A stretch of DNA of 24,000 nt from an uncultured Candidatus Saccharibacteria bacterium. GTDB taxonomy: Bacteria > Patescibacteriota > Saccharimonadia > Saccharimonadales > CAZPPF01. Below the pieces are notes generated by a model. It was not told the DNA's origin, did not search any database, and worked only from the letters and a program-made list of their open reading frames with translations. Location of the stretch: the NCBI GenBank assembly GCA_964627365.1, contig CAZVJS010000006.1, forward strand, positions 3,075 through 27,074, given 5' to 3'. Each line of letters starts with the position of its first letter. Position 1 is the stretch's first letter. Shown piece after piece: positions 1-7,001 of this stretch. A program made the translations under genes and the position numbers.

Positions 1-232
1 CAATAAGGGCATAAATTATGGTGTTGCGGGCCTTGGAGGTTTTTTGCGGATCGCCTGAAGATAAAATAAACTGCAGGCCAGACAAAACTATGATAATTAA
101 GGCAACTGCACTGGCCAGGGCAAAAACAATCTGCAGCACAGTGTGTATGTGGCCGCCATTTAACTCCGTAGTGGGTATATTAAGCTGATCTGGAGTTACA
201 GTTACCTGGCCAAAAACCGTGAAGAGGCTCAT
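1..232 (-). CDS. TrbC/VirB2-like T4SS pilin, paralog 3 (first 77 codons only; gene runs off the left edge)
   Basis: Absent from the ORF track because it is truncated. Manual reverse-strand translation from ATG 232..230 gives MSLFTVFGQVTVTPDQLNIPTTELNGGHIHTVLQIVFALASAVALIIIVLSGLQFILSSGDPQKTSKARNTIIYALI... A hydrophobic helix is followed by the G-x-Q-F/Y-x-x-S-x-G-D/E-P-x-K...A-R/K..I..AL motif shared with the two upstream paralogs. ATGA start/stop overlap with the preceding gene (stop 231..229). GGGAG lies 6 nt upstream. Confidence 0.6.
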   Translation of the reverse strand, partial: MSLFTVFGQVTVTPDQLNIPTTELNGGHIHTVLQIVFALASAVALIIIVLSGLQFILSSGDPQKTSKARNTIIYALI

Positions 233-621
233 GTCAGACTCCCGGCAATAAAGCTTACGATCACGGTGGCCATGATGGCGATAACCAAACCAACGAGCGC
301 ATTAATAATGGTTCGACGGGCCGAGGCGGCTTTTTCCGGCTCGCCTTGGCTCAAGATAAATTGAAAACCCCCGTAGATGACAAATGCAACCGCGACCAGG
401 CCACCAACCCGAAGGGCAATTTCAACCAACGCTAAACCTATTTTGGCAACGTTTTGAGGGTTGTTTACAAGGTCAAGTTTGGGTGTGCACTTTCCGCCAA
501 TATCATCACCATCAAGGTATTTATACCAAGGTGGTACAACATCATTCAAAATGCTTCCGCCTGCACCAGGCGTGCATGCAGCTGCAAAACGAGTAACAAG
601 ATTGGTTATGCCGGGTATCAT
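229..621 (-). CDS. TrbC/VirB2-like T4SS pilin, paralog 2 (130 aa from ATG 621)
   Basis: The track ORF is 229..648, but codon 648 is GTG. The in-frame ATG at 621..619 has a perfect AGGAGG (636..631) 9 nt upstream and overlaps the upstream stop as TGATG, so 621 is preferred. The C-terminal half has two hydrophobic helices flanking GGFQFILSQGEPEKAASARRTIINALVGLVIAI, the loop motif typical of T4SS pilins. Confidence 0.7.
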   Translation of the reverse strand: MIPGITNLVTRFAAACTPGAGGSILNDVVPPWYKYLDGDDIGGKCTPKLDLVNNPQNVAKIGLALVEIALRVGGLVAVAFVIYGGFQFILSQGEPEKAASARRTIINALVGLVIAIMATVIVSFIAGSLT

Positions 622-1268
622 CAGAAAACTCCTCCTGGAACTATCCACTGCAGGAAGGCGTACATAAATATAAAGACAAATAATGCGAGAAGGGCGTTGG
701 TAATTTTGGTCTTGGCGGCTTGGACTTTTTGCGGGTCATCGCCAGCTGCCGAATACTGGATGCCACCGACAATAATCATCATCACAACGACCACACCCAC
801 GATGGCCGATAAGACATTAATGGCAGTCACCAGGTAATCAAGTATTCCACAATGTTCCGCCGAACCCTCGGCAGCACCAGCCTTAAGGGCTGTGCCGTTA
901 CAGTCATCCTTAACATATTTTGGTTGATGAGAACCGCCTGTATCGAAATTTATTTTGGTTACAGGAATGCAAACCTGCACGCCGTAAATACTAACAAAGC
1001 CTGCCCCACCAAAAGGGCAGGCTGTACCACCCGTGCCTATAGCTACTTGGTCTCCGTCGTTAAAATTGGTCGCACAATCATACGTCGTGCCATCTTTTTG
1101 CGGTATATTGGTCGTTAGTTTTATATCACCGTTGCTACAGGTCCCATTACTAGAGGGGTAGACATCGGCCGCAAAGACCTTGGCATTAGGAGCAAGTCCC
1201 ATTACTATAAATGTTACCGCAAAACAGAGAAGCATGGCTCTAAGAACAGTTTTTGTTATTAGGTGCAT
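621..1268 (-). CDS. TrbC/VirB2-like T4SS pilin, paralog 1, with signal peptide and a ~125-aa six-cysteine ectodomain inserted before the pilin core
   Basis: 215-aa ORF. N-terminal signal-like MHLITKTVLRAMLLCFAVTFIVMGLAPNAKVFA/ADV. Then a Gly/Thr/Cys-rich segment with 6 Cys, followed by the pilin core VVVVMMIIVGGIQYSAAGDDPQKVQAAKTKITNALLALFVFIF. First gene downstream of a consensus promoter. Confidence 0.7.
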   Translation of the reverse strand: MHLITKTVLRAMLLCFAVTFIVMGLAPNAKVFAADVYPSSNGTCSNGDIKLTTNIPQKDGTTYDCATNFNDGDQVAIGTGGTACPFGGAGFVSIYGVQVCIPVTKINFDTGGSHQPKYVKDDCNGTALKAGAAEGSAEHCGILDYLVTAINVLSAIVGVVVVMMIIVGGIQYSAAGDDPQKVQAAKTKITNALLALFVFIFMYAFLQWIVPGGVF

Positions 1269-1277
1269 TTGGGGTTT

Positions 1278-1306
1278 ATTTTACAAGCATGTCCACCACT
1301 AGTCAA
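1278..1306 (-). promoter_or_regulatory. Sigma70-type promoter of the pilin operon (TTGACT-17-TAAAAT); near-leaderless
   Basis: Minus strand reads TTGACT (1306..1301), a 17-nt spacer, TAAAAT (1283..1278), then AAACCCCAA and ATG (1268). There are only 9 nt between the -10 and the start codon, and no SD. Confidence 0.6.
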
Positions 1307-1324
1307 AGCACAGGCAAATCGCCA

Positions 1325-1353
1325 TTGATTATTTAGACTTTTTGCTGTATAAT
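1325..1353 (+). promoter_or_regulatory. Sigma70-type promoter (TTGATT-17-TATAAT) for the plus-strand T4SS gene string
   Basis: TTGATT at 1325-1330, a 17-nt spacer, TATAAT at 1348-1353. The GAAGGAAGAG SD-like tract precedes ATG 1377. It lies back-to-back with the pilin promoter; the -35 boxes are 18 bp apart. Confidence 0.6.
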
Positions 1354-1376
1354 ATGGTGCATAAGAAGGAAGAGTT

Positions 1377-2243
1377 ATGGCAGTAGATAATCCTCAAGAA
1401 CCCCAGGCAACGCCAACGATGCCGGAAGGCTTAGCTCATTCTGGTACAACTGGGCATGAGAAGCCTGTACATGAAGACGAATTCAGCGGTGCGGATTTAG
1501 TAGATGTTGTTGATCTAAACCTGGTTAATACTGAAGGTCCAACTACTACGGGAGACTTGCCAGACTTTGTTCAGGCGCCCGAAAAGAAGAGTCGAAGGAA
1601 ATTTCTCATTGCCCTTGGTGCAGGTGTGGCTGTTGTTGCCCTCGCCGTTTATGGTGCCCTAAAAATTGGGGGCGATAGTGACTCCTCAGGCCAAAATAAT
1701 TCTAACCAGACCAGTGGGCAAGACGCCGGAAATAAGCCGCCTTCTAGTGTGCATATATCTCCCGAGACTGGACTTCCCACCGACCTAGACAAGAACCTCC
1801 CTCCCGAGCTCGATATTCCTAGTGGTTTCACGGCTCAACTGCTCGCAAATCAACTCTTTTCAAATTACACGAATGCAATTAATAGGAATGATGTACGCTT
1901 TCTGGCATACGAAGTTGCAGATCTTAACAGCAAGGCAGGACAGGAAGGTCTGGCCGCAATGAAGAAATTTGCTGACTTCAGGAAACTACACCCTGACTAT
2001 ACAGACACTTTTACACCGACTGTTATTCAGGATCAAATTTTTACTGGCAATGAGAGTGAGCGGGTAATCACGTTTAGGCTTGCTGAGGATGAGCACGGTA
2101 CGGGAGTAGAGTCCGATCATTACAGCTTCGTCAAGCAAATGCGTTTGATCCCGGTTGAGAGAACGGTTGATCTTGATGATGGTGACGGCCCGCATGAAAT
2201 AACCTTGTGGTTGATTGACACAGTTCAAGACGTTCAAAATTAA
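1377..2243 (+). CDS. Bitopic membrane protein (acidic N-terminus, one TM, ~170-aa C-terminal globular domain); function unknown, possible VirB8/ConB-type scaffold
   Basis: 288-aa ORF with an SD and a consensus promoter. Single TM FLIALGAGVAVVALAVYGAL, then a Ser/Gly/Asn linker and a mixed alpha/beta-looking domain. The VirB8-like idea rests only on topology, size and context. Confidence 0.75.
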   Translation: MAVDNPQEPQATPTMPEGLAHSGTTGHEKPVHEDEFSGADLVDVVDLNLVNTEGPTTTGDLPDFVQAPEKKSRRKFLIALGAGVAVVALAVYGALKIGGDSDSSGQNNSNQTSGQDAGNKPPSSVHISPETGLPTDLDKNLPPELDIPSGFTAQLLANQLFSNYTNAINRNDVRFLAYEVADLNSKAGQEGLAAMKKFADFRKLHPDYTDTFTPTVIQDQIFTGNESERVITFRLAEDEHGTGVESDHYSFVKQMRLIPVERTVDLDDGDGPHEITLWLIDTVQDVQN

Positions 2244-2311
2244 GCGTTTGTTACATCTCTAACCATAGGTGTTTGGGCGTAATATCGGTTATTTTTGCCA
2301 TCTCTTGTACG

Positions 2312-2320
2312 TGATAGAAT
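2312..2320 (+). promoter_or_regulatory. Possible extended -10 element (TGaTAGAAT) 10 nt upstream of ATG 2330
   Basis: TGATAGAAT at 2312-2320. No good -35 and no SD before ATG 2330. The upstream ATG 2324 is immediately followed by an in-frame TGA. Confidence 0.35.
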
Positions 2321-2329
2321 AAACATGAA

Positions 2330-5300
2330 ATGAAAAAGCAAAAGCGTAATGGTTTTGTTCGAGTTTTCGGCTATTTGAGCGCTTTTACTATTCTGTCATC
2401 TATTCTAATATCTCTGATTCTAAATTCTTCTGTACTTGCTGTAGACACTTACACACTTACAGTTGACGGCAATGGCACAGCGTCAATCAGGGGCCCAGTA
2501 GTCCCCTCGAGTCCCAGAACGGTGTCATTCTCTCAAGACTATAATACGAATGCGAACCCGATAACTGGACATTATTCATTTACCGATGGTGATCCTAGCA
2601 GTGGAAGCGGAGATTACTGTACCTATATAATAGCAACCTCTAACGGGAAAAAAACGGATACAAGCGGTACCTTGGGCGTGACCGGTTCAGCCTCTAAATG
2701 CGGTAACCTCAATGGAAAGACTTATCAGATAACAATTACCGTTAATAGCCTGACAAAAACGGGTACATGGCTTGACCACAGCACTATATCCGTGGATGGC
2801 GTCGATTACACCGACCCAAAGATTGATGACAATCTGACTTTCACTGCTAAAGGCAGCGGCTGCGTAAACGGGAGCACTATTAGTGGCTTTTCCCACCAAG
2901 GCAACGATCCGGCCAATGCGACTGCAACAGTAAATCTTGAGCTTCTCAGCGGGAGCAGCGGAAACTGCACATCACAGACCTACAGCTTGAAGCTTTCTGA
3001 TCCCAATAATCTATACAATGCCTACTTCGTCTGGCAAGATTCGACAACTATTTCAACTTCAGATGGTACTGGCGTCATATTTTTGAATACCGACCCCACA
3101 ACAAACCTATACTTTGGCACGGCCGGAAGAAGTGGTGACGGTTCGTCGCCTAAAACTTGTCATGCATCCTCTATTGAAGCCGCTTTAGGGGTTACTACTG
3201 GGCAATTGATACTCAGAAACGGTAATCTGCATGAAGGTTGGCAAGATAAAATTTCAGGTGCAACTCTGAATAATATCGGAGGCTGTGAACAATCTGGGAA
3301 AATTTCTGTACAAATTGCAAGGGGTCCAAACGCAACCAAGGCTGGAGGTTCATCAGATGTTGCTAAGGGTGTGGGTTCCGGAGCACAGGGTGACGGTTCA
3401 CAAAAACCCTCCTGTGAGTCCAAGGGTGGCGACTTTGCGTGGGGCATTTGTCCAATAGTTAGGATGGTTGATAGTGCTCTCAAATGGGTTGACGAACAAA
3501 TTGAAGCTTTGCTTGAGGTTGATCAAAAGCCGTTTAACTCCGGTAGTGGTCTACAGCAGGCTTGGGCACAAATACGCAACATTGCATATATAATCCTGGT
3601 TCCGATGATGTTAGTTATGGTTATTGGCACCGCCCTCGGCTTCAGCTTTGTGGACGCCTACACTGTTCGGCGTGCCTTACCTCGTATGGTTATAGCCATA
3701 TTATTCATTGCCTTGTCCTGGGAACTAACAACCTTTCTAATCACTGTCTCTAACGTTGTTGGGGCGGGCGTTATGGGAATTTTGACACTACCATTTAAAG
3801 GGGCTGCCTCCGCACTCGGGGCTGATTCAATCAGCCATCTTACCCTTTCGTCGCTGTTTGCTGGTAGTAATAATGTTGGTGGTTTCTTGGAGACAATTGC
3901 GGCTAGCGCTGCATTTGCTGTTGGTGCAATTGTCCTACTGTGGTTATTTGGTAGTGCTTTGCTTTTGGCGGCCACCCTTGCATTTATAGTTTTAGTGCTC
4001 AGACAGCTTTTTATAGTTGCGCTTGTGATTTTTGCCCCACTCGCCATACTAGCCTGGATTTTCCCTGGTAACGATAAGCTATGGGGTGCCTGGTGGAGTA
4101 TGTTCTCTAAGCTACTGCTGATGTTCCCGCTTATAATGGCTCTGCTTGCTATTGGTCGGGACTTTGCCGTTATTATTCACCAAGGTGGCCTTGGAGATAA
4201 TGATGCTGGAAGCGTTATAGCCAAGATTGCTATTGTGATTGCCTGGCTGGTCCCATACGCCTTAATACCACTAACCTACAGGTTTGCGGGTGGTGCGTAC
4301 GCCTTTGCCACCGGTTGGGTTGGAGACAAAGGCAAGGGCATATCCGAGCGTCAGCGGAAAAAACGCGCCGAGCGGGTTCAGCAAAGGGCACAGAAAACAC
4401 TGGCTGGAGAAGCTTTTAATTCCAACAGCAGGCTGGGCAGAACCTTAAACAGACCATTTCAAACCGCCGCTATGGCGGCAACAGGCCGGGGTGGTATTAA
4501 TCCCTTGAATATGAAGAGTAAAATCAACTCCGTCAGGGGTGTAGCGGCAGGCTCTGAAATGGCGGAACTCGCGGATAAGAATGAAGACATTAAGGCAGTG
4601 TCGGTCGATGACCACTTGGCTGAAGCCACACAAGTAGCTCAAGGCAGAGCTCAGATACGAGACATGCTTCGCAATAGCCGCAATCGTGACGGTAGCGCAA
4701 GTCGATGGGCTACGGCTCAGCCACAAGAATTAGAAGAGGCTGTTTCGCAGGTACAAAGGGCACAACGTGCCGGTTCCACAACCGCTGTACGATCGGCAAT
4801 GTCGGTAGCAAGAGCAGCTTCTGGTACAGGATACGGATCATCTTCTGATATGTATAAATCCATCATACAGGCAGCAGGTGGTAACAGGCAGCTTGAGGGT
4901 TCCTTACTAGCAGCCACTAGAAGCGCCTCAGAAAGGGCTAGACGACCAGACCTAGCCAGTGTTGGACATGTAGAGCAGGCCACGTACATGGACCAGGTTA
5001 GAGCCACAATGGGTACGGCTGATGAGGCCGACACGGACGCGCGAGTAAATGCATCAATGCGGGCTCGCTCCTTCGAGACATCCGGCGCACATGCTGCCGT
5101 GTCTGGCAGAACAGAAGCGGTAGGAAATATGTTAGTTGAGATGGGCAATGACTATAATCACGCCATCGAAACTGGTGACGTACAAATGGCTACTGAGGTC
5201 GCATCACAAATAACCTCAGTCCGTCAAGCCCAGTCAGCCGCAACACCAGACGTAAGACGACAAATTATGGGCATGCTTGATACTGTTGGGTTTGATGCAG

Positions 5301-5512
5301 ACTCCGCCGAGAGTGTACCTCAACAATTGGGTGCTAGGATTGGTGGAATGGCGTACGGTGGAGGGGGACCAGAACAGCAACAAAGACTGGTTCAAGCAGC
5401 AATTCAACAAATTGGAACTCGAGCTGGAACGTACGATCAGGGTACTCTCGGCCGTACCCCAGAACAAATAAGGGCTGGTGTTCCAGAACCTCCACAACCT
5501 CCCACCCCATAA
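2330..5512 (+). CDS. Giant T4SS polytopic membrane protein, VirB6/TrbL-like core with a ~370-aa ectodomain and a ~400-aa cytoplasmic low-complexity tail
   Basis: 1060-aa ORF. Signal/anchor MKKQKRNGFVRVFGYLSAFTILSSILISLILNSSVLA. A Thr/Ser/Gly/Asn-rich extracellular region contains Cys. Around aa 420-670 there are 6-7 strongly hydrophobic helices (IAYIILVPMMLVMVIGTALGF ... VIAKIAIVIAWLVPYALIPL). The Ala/Arg/Gln/Ser-rich tail ends in PEPPQPPTP. The VirB6-like call comes from architecture and context, not a recognised motif. Confidence 0.6.
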   Translation: MKKQKRNGFVRVFGYLSAFTILSSILISLILNSSVLAVDTYTLTVDGNGTASIRGPVVPSSPRTVSFSQDYNTNANPITGHYSFTDGDPSSGSGDYCTYIIATSNGKKTDTSGTLGVTGSASKCGNLNGKTYQITITVNSLTKTGTWLDHSTISVDGVDYTDPKIDDNLTFTAKGSGCVNGSTISGFSHQGNDPANATATVNLELLSGSSGNCTSQTYSLKLSDPNNLYNAYFVWQDSTTISTSDGTGVIFLNTDPTTNLYFGTAGRSGDGSSPKTCHASSIEAALGVTTGQLILRNGNLHEGWQDKISGATLNNIGGCEQSGKISVQIARGPNATKAGGSSDVAKGVGSGAQGDGSQKPSCESKGGDFAWGICPIVRMVDSALKWVDEQIEALLEVDQKPFNSGSGLQQAWAQIRNIAYIILVPMMLVMVIGTALGFSFVDAYTVRRALPRMVIAILFIALSWELTTFLITVSNVVGAGVMGILTLPFKGAASALGADSISHLTLSSLFAGSNNVGGFLETIAASAAFAVGAIVLLWLFGSALLLAATLAFIVLVLRQLFIVALVIFAPLAILAWIFPGNDKLWGAWWSMFSKLLLMFPLIMALLAIGRDFAVIIHQGGLGDNDAGSVIAKIAIVIAWLVPYALIPLTYRFAGGAYAFATGWVGDKGKGISERQRKKRAERVQQRAQKTLAGEAFNSNSRLGRTLNRPFQTAAMAATGRGGINPLNMKSKINSVRGVAAGSEMAELADKNEDIKAVSVDDHLAEATQVAQGRAQIRDMLRNSRNRDGSASRWATAQPQELEEAVSQVQRAQRAGSTTAVRSAMSVARAASGTGYGSSSDMYKSIIQAAGGNRQLEGSLLAATRSASERARRPDLASVGHVEQATYMDQVRATMGTADEADTDARVNASMRARSFETSGAHAAVSGRTEAVGNMLVEMGNDYNHAIETGDVQMATEVASQITSVRQAQSAATPDVRRQIMGMLDTVGFDADSAESVPQQLGARIGGMAYGGGGPEQQQRLVQAAIQQIGTRAGTYDQGTLGRTPEQIRAGVPEPPQPPTP

Positions 5513-5532
5513 TAAGTATTCTATAAAATGAA

Positions 5533-5561
5533 TTGACTTATTATACAGCTTATGCTATTAT
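5533..5561 (+). promoter_or_regulatory. Sigma70-type promoter (TTGACT-17-TATTAT) positioned for a leaderless mRNA
   Basis: TTGACT at 5533-5538, a 17-nt spacer, TATTAT at 5556-5561. The A of ATG 5568 lies exactly 7 nt after the -10, and there is no SD. Confidence 0.6.
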
Positions 5562-5567
5562 ATTTAT

Positions 5568-6947
5568 ATGTCAGAAACTCCACATCGTACCACCGAAACT
5601 ACCCCCCCGGTACCGCCAGAATCAGCTCCAGTAGCGGCTCCTGAGTTACTTGCCACGAATATTGACGAGTCGGCACCAGCACTAAATGGGCTGCACAGGT
5701 TTGTATTAGCTTTCCGTTTGAGTTGGGCCACAGGGACCAGGGACAGTCGAGTAGCACGTGATAAAGTTGCTACAGAGACTGCTGCCGGGGCACAACTTAT
5801 TCGAGGGTTTGGCACTCCCGCAGAGGATCGTAGATGGATCCCAACCAACCCCCTACAACTAACCACCGCTATACATCGACGCGGCCAAGCAAGGAAAAGC
5901 CGTAAGGCTGCTGTTGAAAAGTGGAGAATATCACAGGTTTATGGCACGAAGGAGACTCCTACTGAACCAGCACCTCCAAATACAGCCACGGAGACTCCTA
6001 CTGAACCAGCACCCAAACATAGAAACAATCGCTCTACACAACTTGACTCTGAAGTTTGGGACAAAAGAAGGGAAAAAATTGCCGAAAATGATCGTCCTAA
6101 AGTCTATGATCCAGATAGGGCAACTGATCCAGAGCACCGTACCCGTCGATTTGAGAGTAGAGCAGAAAAAGGTGCTGCCCGCAGGTACAAAAGCCAGGAT
6201 AGGGTAATTAACAGGCGTGAACGCCGCTTGCATAGGGCAGCGGAGGGTAATACTGTAATTGGCAAAGTTAGAAAACAGCTAATCAAAAGGTCAAACCGTA
6301 AGGTTGACGACCTGACTGAGCGCCTTAGAGGAACACCAGCACAGCGCGATGCAGTTGCAGAACCGTCGCGCGAGCCGGAGCCGACCCCATTTAGCCCCAG
6401 AACACCCGTAACACCAAGACATGAGACACCCAGAACAACCCCTGGGGTAACCGTACACCCTAAAGGAAAACTTTTTGGTAAAAAACTTCCGGACGGTACC
6501 CACACTCCAGTTTTTTACGAGGAAGACAGGCGCCGTTCGCGAAGAGACAATCCAAGGTCGATGCCCCGTCGTCAAGCCAGTCGGGAAGGCAATCGCGAAG
6601 ACGATACGGCAAGGATGGTTAAGCAAACGTCAGATCTCCTAGAGGCAGTCGGAGCACGATTTGATTTTGCAAAAGTCCTAGACCTTGATACTAAGGTATA
6701 CAAAGAGCTTGAGGACAGAGCCCATGACATAAAGGATCACCAGCCCGAAAAAACTATCGAGGATCCTAAACGCCCGGGCACAAGAAAAGTTCGACCAGAC
6801 GTATTTAACCCAATTATCCGCGAGGTACGAACAAAGCAGATGCAAGAATTCTTGGCAGATATTTACAAGGATGAGCCGGTACACCCGGTAGTTGCTAACG
6901 CTCTCGATAAGGCGCTTGACCTTGCTCAAAACCTCCGCGACAGCTAA
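5568..6947 (+). CDS. Highly basic Arg/Pro/Glu/Thr-rich, predicted disordered protein with a structured-looking C-terminal ~100 aa; no TM; unknown function
   Basis: 459-aa ORF with no hydrophobic segment. It has runs such as RRERRLHR, RRRSRRDNPRSMPRRQASREGNRED and PRTPVTPRHETPRTTPG, plus the internal repeat TETPTEPAP. The long open frame sits in a region where the other frames are only short shadow ORFs. Confidence 0.75.
   Translation: MSETPHRTTETTPPVPPESAPVAAPELLATNIDESAPALNGLHRFVLAFRLSWATGTRDSRVARDKVATETAAGAQLIRGFGTPAEDRRWIPTNPLQLTTAIHRRGQARKSRKAAVEKWRISQVYGTKETPTEPAPPNTATETPTEPAPKHRNNRSTQLDSEVWDKRREKIAENDRPKVYDPDRATDPEHRTRRFESRAEKGAARRYKSQDRVINRRERRLHRAAEGNTVIGKVRKQLIKRSNRKVDDLTERLRGTPAQRDAVAEPSREPEPTPFSPRTPVTPRHETPRTTPGVTVHPKGKLFGKKLPDGTHTPVFYEEDRRRSRRDNPRSMPRRQASREGNREDDTARMVKQTSDLLEAVGARFDFAKVLDLDTKVYKELEDRAHDIKDHQPEKTIEDPKRPGTRKVRPDVFNPIIREVRTKQMQEFLADIYKDEPVHPVVANALDKALDLAQNLRDS
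5951..6013 (+). repeat. Perfect 24-bp direct repeat (GGAGACTCCTACTGAACCAGCACC) at 5951-5974 and 5990-6013, period 39 nt, in frame
   Basis: Read directly from the sequence. It encodes the duplicated ETPTEPAP peptide inside the basic disordered protein. Confidence 0.9.
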
Positions 6948-7001
6948 CATACCCATTACGCTTCTTGATGGCTTGCCTAATATGAGAGATACTTATGTTT
7001 A

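Noticed and set aside
622-648. N-terminal extension of pilin paralog 2 (track start 648) that yields an apparent twin-arginine signal motif, SRRSFLM
   Set aside because: Codon 648 is GTG. The two Arg codons are simply the AGGAGG Shine-Dalgarno (636..631) placed 9 nt before ATG 621, which also forms a TGATG overlap with the upstream stop. The hydrophobic region after the RR is also poor. The Tat-like motif is a by-product of translating the RBS.
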